Of a stretch of DNA of 64,000 bases, positions 19,413-28,974 are shown piece by piece. Position 1 is the first letter of the stretch. Every line of letters begins with the position of its first letter. The stretch comes from Bradymonadia bacterium (GTDB lineage Bacteria; Myxococcota_A; Bradymonadia; UBA7976; UBA1532). The stretch spans positions 192,001 to 256,000 of the forward strand of contig JBKAGE010000036.1 of NCBI GenBank assembly GCA_046290225.1, written 5' to 3'. The translations under genes were made by a program, and so were the position numbers. The notes below the pieces were generated by a model. That model did not search any database and was not told the DNA's origin. It saw nothing but the letters and a program-made list of their open reading frames with translations.

Positions 19413-20690
19413 TCAGGTGTCGTCGATGCAGGCCTGGATCTCGGCCTCACATGCAGACTGATCCCCGTTGTTCTCCTGCACGCACACCGCGGCGTCGTTG
19501 TAGATCTGCTGCGCCTCGGGGGTGCCTGCCATGAAGCAGCCCTGCAAACAGGCCTGATCGTTCTGCCCGCAGCCGTTGAAGCAGTTCAACACCTCGCTGC
19601 AGCTGAGGTCCTCACCTGGAGGTGGGTTGTTCCCGCCGCCACCGCCATCGTTGAAGCATGCCTGAATCTCGTTCTGACAGGCCTCTTGATCACCGCCGTT
19701 GGCCTCGATGCACTCGGCGATGGTGTTGTAGAGCTGCTGCGCCTGGGGCGTGGCGCTCTGGAAGCAGTTTTGCAGACAGGCCTGATCGTTCTGCCCACAG
19801 CTCTGGAAACAGCCCAGCATCTCGTTGCAGCTCAAATCATCACCCGGCGGCGGGTTGCCTCCACCACCACCGTTGTCGCCAAAGCATGCCTGAATTTCGT
19901 TCTGACAGGCCTCCTGGTTGCCACCATTGGCTTCGATGCACTGTGCGATGGAGTTGTAGAGTTGCTGGGCCTGGGGCGTGGAGCGCTGGAAGCAGTCCTG
20001 CAGACAGGCCTGATCGTTCTGCCCGCAGCCCTGGAAGCAGGTGAGCATCTCGCTGCAGCTCAGATCATCTCCGGCAGGGGGCGGGTTGCCGCCACCACCA
20101 CCCACGCAGGCCTGAATCTCGGCCTGGCACGCAGCCTGATCACCGTTGTTGGCTTCGATGCACTGCACTGCGGTGATGTACTGGGACTGGGCCTGCTGAG
20201 AGCCCTGCTCCACACAATCCACCAGGCAAGCCTCGTCGTTCTGGCCACAGGCCTCCTGGCACTGCACCACCTCGAGGCAGCTCAGCTCACCCGGAGGGGG
20301 CGGCTCGCCACCGCCCTCACCGCCGACGCCACCGCCGCCGACAGGACCCATGCCGCCCTCACCGCCCTCACCACCAGCGCCGCCGCCAATGGGGCCCATA
20401 CCGCCACCGACAGGGGCACCAGCGCCGCCTCCAGCGCCACCGGCGGCCGCCTCGTCGAGGACACATGCACCAGAGGCCTCGTCACAGCTGAAGCCCGAAG
20501 CGCAGCCATCGACACAGTCCGTGGTGCAGTAGAGGCGATCCACCGCAGGATCGCGAATGCAGACCCCGCTGGCGCAATCGCTGGGGGTCTCGCAGGCATC
20601 ACCGGGCTGGCCCTCACCAGCGCTCTCTTCGCTGTCACAGCCCCACATCGCCGAGGCCAACAGGCACAACATCAACAGCCATCGACTCAT
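19413..20690 (-). CDS. Cys-rich repeat lipoprotein
   Basis: Lipobox AMWG-C; four tandem repeats LSC.E...C...CGQND.ACL..C...AQ..Y....C...N.G.Q.AC..EIQAC separated by Gly/Pro linkers. Confidence 0.8.
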   Translation of the reverse strand: MSRWLLMLCLLASAMWGCDSEESAGEGQPGDACETPSDCASGVCIRDPAVDRLYCTTDCVDGCASGFSCDEASGACVLDEAAAGGAGGGAGAPVGGGMGPIGGGAGGEGGEGGMGPVGGGGVGGEGGGEPPPPGELSCLEVVQCQEACGQNDEACLVDCVEQGSQQAQSQYITAVQCIEANNGDQAACQAEIQACVGGGGGNPPPAGDDLSCSEMLTCFQGCGQNDQACLQDCFQRSTPQAQQLYNSIAQCIEANGGNQEACQNEIQACFGDNGGGGGNPPPGDDLSCNEMLGCFQSCGQNDQACLQNCFQSATPQAQQLYNTIAECIEANGGDQEACQNEIQACFNDGGGGGNNPPPGEDLSCSEVLNCFNGCGQNDQACLQGCFMAGTPEAQQIYNDAAVCVQENNGDQSACEAEIQACIDDT

Positions 20691-20801
20691 GTCGCTCTCC
20701 TTGAATGTGCGTCACGCAGTGCGACGCAGGAGAGCATCGCCTGCGGGCTCGATTCAACTTCTGGATGTAAACAGGGAATTAAATCAACGCGGCGGGATGC
20801 A

Positions 20802-22025
20802 TCACTGGCACTTCGAGGCACACCCGAGAGACTTCCCCTGCCCCTTCACGGTGCCACACGTGTTGCCATCGCCAGTGAGGGGGCGGGCCAGCTGAGCATC
20901 CACAGTGTTTCCGCAGAGTTTCGTCTCCCGCACCGCGTGGGCCACGCAGGTCCCCTCGGTGTTGAAGTGGGACTGGGCCTCTGCGGCGCAGCGGGCGGCG
21001 AACTCGGCCATGGCCTCGGGCCCTTGAATCTGGGCGTCGCGGATCAGCTGCTTGCCCTCGCCGCGGCGCTTGAAGACCGAGTGACCAGGCAGACACGCAT
21101 AGTTGGGCACGCAGCCGGGCACTCCGATGGCGTCGTTCACCTCGGGGGCGCACTGCCGCAGGAACCCGTCGAACTTCTCCATGGCCTGGCGGTTCTCCGC
21201 CCCGGTTTTGCGCATCAGGATGTCGTAGCCCTGAGACTGGACCTCTGGCAGCCAGCCCTCGTGTACCTTGCAGCCTCCGCACCCCGAGCTGAAGAACAGC
21301 GTGGTGGCCTGCTTGACCTCAGCGAGCTCGGGACCACACACACACGGGTCGTACGGCCCCTGCTGTGCAGGATCTTTGCTGGCTCCCTTGGGGTTGCCCT
21401 GGAGCAGTCCGATCTTGTTGCCGGTGATCTCAGAGGCCACGATGACGGGGGTGGCCTCACACGCGGCAATCCCCACCTGAGCGCCGGTGACCTTCACTCG
21501 ACTCAACACCACGCCAGGGCTCCGCATGGTGGCCTTCGACGGGCAGGTCTTGTCCTTGGGCTGGCCCAGGGCCACACCCACGGCGCCGCCGGTGAAGCTC
21601 GAGCGCACCACCCGAAGGCTCTCGGCGCCATCGGCGACGATGCCTTGCTTCGTGCCCGTGGTGTGCACACCCAGCACCGTGGCCCCCGATCCCGTCACCC
21701 CGACCCCAACGGCGCCGCCCTTGATCTTCAGACGCCGCACGTGCGCCCGAGCGGCGGTGACCTGAACCCCCACCTCACCCGCTTCGAGGGTGAAGTCGCC
21801 GCCGTTGAACTCCGCAGTGTCGCCCGCCACAGTGACGCACACCGAGCTGGCGCTCTTGAGATCGGCGGTCAACTCCACCCGGGCCCCAGGCTGAGACAGC
21901 GCTTCAGTGCAGCTGTCGCAGCTGTCGCACTTCACTTTGCGGGCTGCGGAGGCGGAGGCGGGCAGAAACAAGAGCGCGGCGCCCAGGCAGAGTCCAGAGC
22001 GGAGGAAAACGGAGCGAAGGGTCAT
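20802..22025 (-). CDS. Exported protein with right-handed beta-helix-like repeats and a CxxC thioredoxin-like segment
   Basis: Signal peptide; V/G-rich repeats (GVQV, GVGV, GIVA, GNKIGL); TLFFSSGCGGCKVH motif. Confidence 0.7.
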   Translation of the reverse strand: MTLRSVFLRSGLCLGAALLFLPASASAARKVKCDSCDSCTEALSQPGARVELTADLKSASSVCVTVAGDTAEFNGGDFTLEAGEVGVQVTAARAHVRRLKIKGGAVGVGVTGSGATVLGVHTTGTKQGIVADGAESLRVVRSSFTGGAVGVALGQPKDKTCPSKATMRSPGVVLSRVKVTGAQVGIAACEATPVIVASEITGNKIGLLQGNPKGASKDPAQQGPYDPCVCGPELAEVKQATTLFFSSGCGGCKVHEGWLPEVQSQGYDILMRKTGAENRQAMEKFDGFLRQCAPEVNDAIGVPGCVPNYACLPGHSVFKRRGEGKQLIRDAQIQGPEAMAEFAARCAAEAQSHFNTEGTCVAHAVRETKLCGNTVDAQLARPLTGDGNTCGTVKGQGKSLGCASKCQ

Positions 22026-22716
22026 GATGGCCTCACCAAAAATCAGCAGACAGCGATCTGCTATCAGCGATCAGGGGTAAGAGGCAACCCAGGGCAATGG
22101 CACGTAGATGGGATGACGCGTCGATGGTGTGGACCATGATGTCTGTTGTTGTGGGGGTGTGGGGGCCGTGACGGGCCACCGGCGCGAGCCTCGACGGCCT
22201 GGGAAAAGGCCGTCTCCCCTCTCACCGGCGTCCCGCCCCGTCCTTCTCTCATCTCTGCCATGGTCTATCTCACCGCTGGGAGCCCACGTTGTGCAACATT
22301 GTTTCAACCGTTTCTGGGCAGGAACTTGGACTTTGCTGGATGGAGAACGGGCTGCAACGCCTCTGAGGCTGAGGTCCGTGGCTCGGGGGGTGGGGCAACG
22401 CTCGCTTCAACCTTCGGGGCCTTCGCGTCCTCGCTCTGCCCCACCCCCACACGTTGGAGGAGGGTTGGGAAGTGAGCGTGTACGAGGACTGTCTGCCTTA
22501 TGGGTAGTCTGCAATCGTAGCTCCGTTGTCCCTGGCGCTTGCGCCTGAGGGACCGATGAAAACGACGCTGCACAGGAGACGATTGTCCTGGATCAACTGT
22601 TGAGCTTTTTGACCCTCGAGCACCCTTGGGAGAACCTCCCACCTGAGGTGGCTCATCCATTGTTTTGAGTGCTGTGCTGGTGACCACATCAACGAGCGCG
22701 CCATCATGGAGCAGAC

Positions 22717-23757
22717 GTGAGCGAGCAGAAGTACAAGCTGCTGGTGTTGTGGTACCGCCTCACCGGTGCCTCCCAGGTGCAGGCGGAGTGGAAGGCGCGC
22801 CGCGCCCTCGATCAGGCTGAGCAGTCACGCGCCAACGCCGATGCTCAGGTGGCCCGCGTGGTCGACCGGCGGTTCAAGTGCCTCTGTGGTCAGCTGCTCA
22901 CTGCCGATCAGAAAGTCTGTCACGCCTGCGGTCGCAAGCAGCGTATGCCCCACTGGGCCCGAGGTGTCACCCGAGCCCTCGGGCTCGTGGTGCCTGATGT
23001 TGCACCGGCAACCATCTTCATCATGGCCATCATCGTGCTTGGCTATGGCATTCAGATCCGAGTGGGCGGCGGTGGGATATTCGATCCAGTCGCTGAGCAG
23101 AACCCCCTGACTAACTTCCATTTGGGGGCCTACCTCGGCCCTGAACGCTGGCGTCAGGTGAGACCCTTCATCATCGCCTTGAATTGGGACTCGCCGACCT
23201 TCCTCAACACATGGTGGCGAAGTATCTCCTATGCCTTCTTGCACGGCGACTTGATGCACATCGGCTTCAACAGCCTCGCCTTATTTCAGGTCGGCCCGCT
23301 CATCGAAGAGCGGTTCGGCGCCGCCCGAGTGCTCTTCGCCTGGGTGATCACGTCGATTGGGGCAGTCATGTTGCCCCCCCTCATCGGGATCGCGGCCGAC
23401 ACTGTCGTCATCGGCGCATCTGGAGCAGTCTTCGGGCTCATCGGCATGGCCATGTTGCAAGGTCACCGCGATGGCGACGCCCGTGGGCGAATGATCCGCG
23501 AGGTGATGATCCGCTGGACAGTGATCGCCACACTCTTCGGCGTATTGATGACAGAAAGTGGAGGCAGCAGGATCGCGCATTCAGCCCACTTTGGGGGCCT
23601 CGCCGTAGGCGCCACCCTCACGCTGCTTCTACCGCCCCCTGATGATCGCCCCGCCCGTCGCGCCCTGAGCCCGATACTCGGCACGGCCGGTATGGCGATC
23701 CTGGTCTTGGCGCTCTACCAGTTCTGGAACTTCTTTCAAAAAGTGATGGCGACCTGA
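22717..23757 (+). CDS. Rhomboid-family intramembrane serine protease with N-terminal Zn-ribbon-like segment
   Basis: [24 protein letters not shown] (Ser), AHFGGL (His); CLC...CHAC near the N-terminus. Confidence 0.93.
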   Translation: MSEQKYKLLVLWYRLTGASQVQAEWKARRALDQAEQSRANADAQVARVVDRRFKCLCGQLLTADQKVCHACGRKQRMPHWARGVTRALGLVVPDVAPATIFIMAIIVLGYGIQIRVGGGGIFDPVAEQNPLTNFHLGAYLGPERWRQVRPFIIALNWDSPTFLNTWWRSISYAFLHGDLMHIGFNSLALFQVGPLIEERFGAARVLFAWVITSIGAVMLPPLIGIAADTVVIGASGAVFGLIGMAMLQGHRDGDARGRMIREVMIRWTVIATLFGVLMTESGGSRIAHSAHFGGLAVGATLTLLLPPPDDRPARRALSPILGTAGMAILVLALYQFWNFFQKVMAT

Positions 23758-24041
23758 TGGCACGACCCCAAGCGCTCTCTCCCGAGGCCCTCGAAACCGC
23801 TCTCGAAACCCTCTCCCACTGGCAGGTCGTCGACGGCAAGCTCCATCGCGAGCGCACCTTCGCCGACTTCAACGCCGCCTTTGCCTTCATGACCCGGGTG
23901 GCCATGCTCGCCGAAAAAATGAACCACCACCCGGAGTGGTTCAACGTCTACAACACGGTCAAGATCGACCTCGTCACCCACGATGCTGGCGGCATCACCG
24001 ATCTCGACATCCAAATGGCAAGCATCTCCGACACCTGGTAA
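23757..24041 (+). CDS. phhB: Pterin-4-alpha-carbinolamine dehydratase
   Basis: [36 protein letters not shown]. Confidence 0.95.
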   Translation: MARPQALSPEALETALETLSHWQVVDGKLHRERTFADFNAAFAFMTRVAMLAEKMNHHPEWFNVYNTVKIDLVTHDAGGITDLDIQMASISDTW

Positions 24042-24133
24042 CCCCCCTCAAAAGAAGGCCTCCCCACCCCCCATCGGCCGGCCCCTTCAAACCTATACCC
24101 CACGCCAGGCCGGCCCCGCGGAGGGGCGGAAGT

Positions 24134-24279
24134 CACGGGAGTGGTCGACTGCGTCGCGAGGTGTGGTGGCTGGGTGGTGATTCACCCGCAGGCGATGCCA
24201 AAGCATCGTCGAGGAGGGAAGCGCCGGCCAGACGCCGCAGATCGCGACGCAGGCGGCCGCTCACGGGGCTGAAGCCCCG
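24134..24279 (+). other. Long imperfect hairpin in a convergent intergenic region (candidate ncRNA or REP-like element)
   Basis: AGTGGTCG/CGGCCGCT, CTGCGTCGCGA/TCGCGACGCAG, further G-T-rich pairing, inner GGCGATGC-CAAA-GCATCGTC, then CGGGGC-TGAA-GCCCCG. Confidence 0.5.
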
Positions 24280-24291
24280 GAGCTCAGGAGC

Positions 24292-27200
24292 TCATCGAAT
24301 CAGCAAGTGGCTGCTGTGGTACCAGCTGTTGTTGCCGCCCATGCCTGAGCCCCAATAGTTCCCGTACATGTAGTTCGAGGTGCTGCTGCCCAGGTAGGCG
24401 TAGTTGCTCACGTGGAACAGGGCCAGGTAGTTGTTGTTCGAAGCGCGGGGGTACCAGTAGTAGTAGCCCGAAGCCGAGCTGCCACCCACATCCGTCCAGC
24501 CGCTGGCGAAGTTGAGCTTGTAGTAGAGGTTGTCGCCCGAGGTGAGATCCTGGTTCGTGCCGTAGTTGGGCATGATGTTGCGGTTCTTCACGCGGTGGAT
24601 CACCTTGCGACCCCAGTTGTCCCAGCCAGGGCTGAAGTTCCCCTGGTCGAGCACGATGCCGAACTCGATGGGCCACTCCACACCGGCGAGCACACGCCAG
24701 TCGGTCCAGGCGCCGTCACTGTTGGGCTGCGCCTCGTACTCCGGGCGGCCGATGAAGGCATCCTGTCGGGCCACCATGTAGAGCGCGTAGTCGCGGTTGG
24801 CGTGGCCCGCAGGGGCGAAGGCCTGGGCGCCGCGCTTGTAGTTGCCCACCACCGTCCAGCCGCCGCCGTCCGTGGTCATGTCGCAGTACACGTTGAAGGG
24901 ATCGATGCCGCCCTCACCATCGGGATCGATGCGGTACACGCCGTCGCCGATGTCACCCTCGTAGCGCAGGTTGACGTCGGTGGGGTTGCGGTAGTCGTTG
25001 CAGGTCGCGGCGTAGCCGTCGTTCTGGTAGGCGCGGTAGCCCGCCTCCATCAGGCGGATCTGACCGCACTCGTCGTCACCCATCGAGCCGCCGATGCCCG
25101 GATCGCCGTTGATGTCCATGCACACGCCGATGGTGACCCCACCACAGCCCACGGCCTGGCAGTCCCCCTCGCCGATGCGCACGTTCTCCCGGATGAAGGT
25201 GCTGTGACCCACAGTGGTGTCGGGGTAGATGACCACGCCATTCTCCACCGTCACGTCATCCTCGAACTCAGCCTCCTCGCGGATCAGCACATTGTCGCCC
25301 ACGGTGAGGTTGTGGCCGAAGGTGCTGCGGGGCCAGATGCGGCTGTTGGTGCCCACGGTGAGGTTGTCGCCGATGGTGACCTGCTCGTCGATGATGGTGT
25401 CGTTGCCCACAGTGGCGCTGGCGCCGATGGAGGTTCGGAACAGGATGGTGCAGCTCTCGCCGATGCTGCCATCCTCACCAAGGACCACGCCGTCGTAGAT
25501 ACCCGTGGTGGCGCCGACGCTGCAGCGAGCGCCCAGGTCGACGAAGATGCCCAGGCTCACGTCGTCGAAGAGCTCGCACTCGTTCCCGACGACACTCTGG
25601 TTCCCGACGAATACGTTGTCGTGCAGGGTGGCCGACTCGCCCACGTCGCCGCGGACCTCACAGCCCCCACCCAGAGTGGCGTTGCTGCCCACCGTGGCCC
25701 CAGAGGCCAGCTCCGCGCCGTCACCGAGGGAGACGCCGTCGCCCACCGTGGTGAAGTCGCTGATCACCACGTTCTCGCCAAGGGTCAAGTCGTTGCCGAT
25801 GGTGTTGTTCGGACCGATGCTGGAGCCGGCACCAGCGTTAAGGCTGTTGCCGACCTGCGTGTTCGAGCCCACCGAGGTCCCCGCAGCGAGGGTGGCGTCG
25901 TCACCGAAGTTCGAGCTGTTCCCCACCGTCACGCCGGCGGCGATGCTGGCGCGGTCACCGAAGATCGTGAGCTCGCCGATGCTCGCCCCGGCGCCGATGC
26001 TGCTGTCAGCACCCACCTCCACCTTGGTGGCCAGCTGGCAGCCGTCACCGAGGCTTGAGTTGGCGCCCACGGAGACCAGGATCCCCAGGGCACAGTTGGC
26101 GCCTACCGCGGTGTTGTCACCGATTTGGCTGTTGGTGCCCACAGAGGCACCGGCACCAACGCTCGCTCCAGCGCCCACGACGACGCCCTGGCTCACCGAG
26201 CCATAGACCGAAGCCCCGTCGCCGATGTGAGCATAGGGACCGATGACAGCGTTCTCCCCGATGAGCAGGCTGCTGCCCAGAACAGCGGTCTCTGCGATGT
26301 TCGCGCTGACGCTCACACAGGCGTCGCCGAAGCCATCACCGTTGTTGTCTGCCTGATCAGCGTTCGACACGTGGGGGCAGTTGTCGACGTCCTGGCAGAT
26401 GCCGTCGCCATCATCATCGTTGGTGGCGTCAAAGGCACATGCATCACAGGCGTCGCCAGCACCATCGCCATCACTGTCGGCCTGATCAGCGTTCGCCACG
26501 AGCGGGCAATTGTCGTCACTGCAGACGCCGTCGCCATCAACGTCGTCACACTTCGGCCGATCAGAGAGCGCAACCACATTGAAGGCACCATTCAAGGGGA
26601 CATAGGACAGGCTGTTACCCATCTCCCCATTGTTGTCGCCGCGATTGCTGGTGTCGCCGAGTCCCAACTGACCATAGTTGTTCCAACCCCAACACTTGAC
26701 ACCACCCTGGTCGAAAAGGGCGCACTGGCTATAGATGGCCATGTTGATCTCTTTGATGGTCAAGCCATCGCCGAGGGGCACCCTGTTCAGGTTGTTGCCC
26801 ATCTCCGCAGCGCTGCTGCCGAGGTTGGTGGTGTTGCCGGTACCAAGCTGACCTTGAGCGCCATAACCCCAGCACTTCAGGGTGCCGTCGGTGAGCTCGG
26901 CGCAGACATTGTAGACATCCACCCAGATGTTCTCAGCCAGCAGAGGATTCCCGCTACCATCGGTACCGAGATCCACATAGCTTTCATTGCTGGGGTTGGA
27001 GACGTTGCCACCAGCGCTGCGGCCCAGCTGCTCATAGCTGTTGTTGCCCCAGCACTTGACCCGCTGGTTGTCCAACAGCGCACAAACAGTACCCCACCCG
27101 ATGCCAACTTGGAGGGCGGTGCGGCCGGGGCCGAGATCGATGGCCGGCAGATTGTCACCCATCTCATTGGGGGCATCCCCCCGGTTTCCGCCACCACCGA

Positions 27201-27909
27201 GGCCGTTCTGGCCATAGTTGTCGACGCCCCAGCACTTCAACGCGCCGTTGTCCAAAATCGCGCAGCTGTTGTGATACCCGGCGGCGATGTCCACGGCTGT
27301 GCGACCGGCGCCGAGCTCAGCGTAGCCGAGGTTGTCACCCATCTCGCCGGCCTGATCACCCATGAAGCCGGAGTGGCCGAGGCCCGACTCCCCGTGGCTG
27401 TTGTAGCCCCAGCACTTCACCTTGCCGTTATCGAGGATCGCACATGTGTGATAGGTCCCGGCGTCGACATCCACCGCGTAGCGCCCAGTACCGAGCTGAA
27501 CCGCCGGAAGAGCGTCGCCCATCTCGTTGGCTTGGTCACCATAGTTCGCGGTGGTGCCCAGACCCGTCTGACCATATTGGCCATTGCCCCAGCACTTCAG
27601 CTGATCATTGTCGAGGATGGCGCAGCTATGGCTCCACCCGCTGTTGATCTGTTTGACTGAGCGACCAGTGCCGAAGTTGATGAACGGCAGGTTGTCACCC
27701 ACCTCACCACCACCATCGCCCAGGCTGGTTGTGGAACCCTGGCCGAGCTGACCGTGAGAGTTGTAGCCCCAGCACTTTGCCTGGCCGTTCTCGAAAAGCG
27801 CACAGTGATGATAATCATGCACCGCGAGGGCAGAAGAAGTGCCCAGCAGGGTCAGCACCCCTGCGGCGCCGAGCGCCTTCAGCAGTGAACGGTGAGAAAT
27901 CGTGGTCAC
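24292..27909 (-). CDS. Secreted RCC1-repeat / TSP3 / hexapeptide (LbH) / fibrinogen-like multidomain protein
   Basis: GTG start after GGAGG; signal peptide; about 7 KCWG.N..GQLG RCC1 repeats; DNCP..N.DQ.D TSP3 repeats; long [IVL]G-x4 hexapeptide run; [20 protein letters not shown] fibrinogen motif. Confidence 0.88.
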   Translation of the reverse strand: MTTISHRSLLKALGAAGVLTLLGTSSALAVHDYHHCALFENGQAKCWGYNSHGQLGQGSTTSLGDGGGEVGDNLPFINFGTGRSVKQINSGWSHSCAILDNDQLKCWGNGQYGQTGLGTTANYGDQANEMGDALPAVQLGTGRYAVDVDAGTYHTCAILDNGKVKCWGYNSHGESGLGHSGFMGDQAGEMGDNLGYAELGAGRTAVDIAAGYHNSCAILDNGALKCWGVDNYGQNGLGGGGNRGDAPNEMGDNLPAIDLGPGRTALQVGIGWGTVCALLDNQRVKCWGNNSYEQLGRSAGGNVSNPSNESYVDLGTDGSGNPLLAENIWVDVYNVCAELTDGTLKCWGYGAQGQLGTGNTTNLGSSAAEMGNNLNRVPLGDGLTIKEINMAIYSQCALFDQGGVKCWGWNNYGQLGLGDTSNRGDNNGEMGNSLSYVPLNGAFNVVALSDRPKCDDVDGDGVCSDDNCPLVANADQADSDGDGAGDACDACAFDATNDDDGDGICQDVDNCPHVSNADQADNNGDGFGDACVSVSANIAETAVLGSSLLIGENAVIGPYAHIGDGASVYGSVSQGVVVGAGASVGAGASVGTNSQIGDNTAVGANCALGILVSVGANSSLGDGCQLATKVEVGADSSIGAGASIGELTIFGDRASIAAGVTVGNSSNFGDDATLAAGTSVGSNTQVGNSLNAGAGSSIGPNNTIGNDLTLGENVVISDFTTVGDGVSLGDGAELASGATVGSNATLGGGCEVRGDVGESATLHDNVFVGNQSVVGNECELFDDVSLGIFVDLGARCSVGATTGIYDGVVLGEDGSIGESCTILFRTSIGASATVGNDTIIDEQVTIGDNLTVGTNSRIWPRSTFGHNLTVGDNVLIREEAEFEDDVTVENGVVIYPDTTVGHSTFIRENVRIGEGDCQAVGCGGVTIGVCMDINGDPGIGGSMGDDECGQIRLMEAGYRAYQNDGYAATCNDYRNPTDVNLRYEGDIGDGVYRIDPDGEGGIDPFNVYCDMTTDGGGWTVVGNYKRGAQAFAPAGHANRDYALYMVARQDAFIGRPEYEAQPNSDGAWTDWRVLAGVEWPIEFGIVLDQGNFSPGWDNWGRKVIHRVKNRNIMPNYGTNQDLTSGDNLYYKLNFASGWTDVGGSSASGYYYWYPRASNNNYLALFHVSNYAYLGSSTSNYMYGNYWGSGMGGNNSWYHSSHLLIR

Positions 27910-28015
27910 GGCAGCCTCCAGACACACACATCATATTGAGAGGTCAGCATGTGTAGGAGGCTACCGCATATAGAAAGAGAAAGACACACTCAGTGTGCCC
28001 CGATCTCATTTTGGG

Positions 28016-28531
28016 TTATGCCTCTGGCAGGTAGCCCCGCCAGGGCTCGGGCATGCCCGATCTCCAGCGGTGCGTGAACCAGAGCAGCTCTTGCAACGAT
28101 TGCGGGCGCTTGGGCGACCGCTTGAGGTACATGCCCGCCTCCTCGGGGGTCCGATCAGCCTTGAACTGGTTACACGGCCTGCAGGCGATGACCAGGTTGT
28201 CCCACGTGCCGCCGCCGCCCCTCGATCGAGGCATGACGTGATCCAAGGTGGCCTCTCTCACCGTGAGCTTCACGCCGCAGTACTGGCACCGACCACCGTC
28301 TCGTGCGTGCAGATTGCCCCTCGACAGCTTCACGCCGCGACGACTGCGGTGATGACGTACCTTGAAGCGAGCCACCGCGGGGGTCTCCATCACCAGCGAG
28401 GGTGAGGCCACAGTCTCCCCTGTGTAGGCTTCGAGGATCTCCACCTTGTCGAGGGCCCACAGGGTGATTGCACGGCGCCACGAGATGCGGGCCATGGGCT
28501 CATAGTTCGCAGAGAGAATCAGTGTCTCCAT
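28016..28531 (-). CDS. HNH endonuclease (McrA-like)
   Basis: RDGGRCQYCG, TLDHVMPRSRGG..WDNLVIACRPCNQFK; strong AGGAGGTGA RBS. Confidence 0.95.
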   Translation of the reverse strand: METLILSANYEPMARISWRRAITLWALDKVEILEAYTGETVASPSLVMETPAVARFKVRHHRSRRGVKLSRGNLHARDGGRCQYCGVKLTVREATLDHVMPRSRGGGGTWDNLVIACRPCNQFKADRTPEEAGMYLKRSPKRPQSLQELLWFTHRWRSGMPEPWRGYLPEA

Positions 28532-28722
28532 GAGATCACCTCCTCAGATCAGGCTCAAATGAGAGCCACGTGGTTGGGGGCAGCCGCACAGCACACAGGC
28601 CACGGCCGCAAGGGAACCAGAACTGAGAGGAGAAGCAGGCTGGTGGGGGGATCCGGAGACGCTGGCGACCGGACCCTTACCCTGGCCGGCCGCTTGCTCC
28701 GAAATCTATTCGAAGGCGTCCG

Positions 28723-28878
28723 TCAGGTGCGCCGCTGGGTATCAAGGCCCCGCTTGAGCAGCGTGGTCTCTTCGATGCGCCCCAACGTAAAGATCGCATT
28801 GGGGGCCACGACCTCGAGACACACCGGTGCTACGCCTGCGGGGCGAAGACTGATGGCATGCTTGAGGTGGGCATACAT
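28723..28878 (-). CDS. Possible 51-aa leader ORF upstream of the HNH gene
   Basis: ATG shortly after the predicted promoter, weak GAGG upstream; no recognisable motif. Confidence 0.3.
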   Translation of the reverse strand: MYAHLKHAISLRPAGVAPVCLEVVAPNAIFTLGRIEETTLLKRGLDTQRRT

Positions 28879-28917
28879 GGAAGATCGGCCTCGAATGTCA
28901 GAGGGAGTATTGCAGGC

Positions 28918-28947
28918 AGGGTAGGGAGTGCTTCCAGGCCGTGTCAA
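28918..28947 (-). promoter_or_regulatory. Sigma70-type promoter for the HNH transcript
   Basis: Minus strand TTGACA-N18-TACCCT; the -35 is flanked by an imperfect inverted repeat (CTTCCAGGCC...GGCCCTGGAGG). Confidence 0.55.
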
Positions 28948-28974
28948 GAAAGGCCCTGGAGGCAGGCGAAGTGA

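Noticed and set aside
21255..21285. CGGCKVH as a c-type heme motif
   Set aside because: The spacing is CxxCxxH, not CxxCH.
22098..22113. TGGCAC as a sigma54 promoter
   Set aside because: No -12 TGC at the correct spacing and no nearby gene in that orientation.
22717..23757. Rhomboid as the sortase for the local MYXO-CTERM proteins
   Set aside because: Rhombosortases process GlyGly-CTERM tails; the tails here contain Cys (MYXO-CTERM type) and the genes are not linked.
28571..28721. Canonical tRNA genes or an IscB/omegaRNA locus at the HNH gene
   Set aside because: No D-arm, T-loop or acceptor-stem pattern; the HNH is only 171 aa with no RuvC motifs or PLMP N-terminus.
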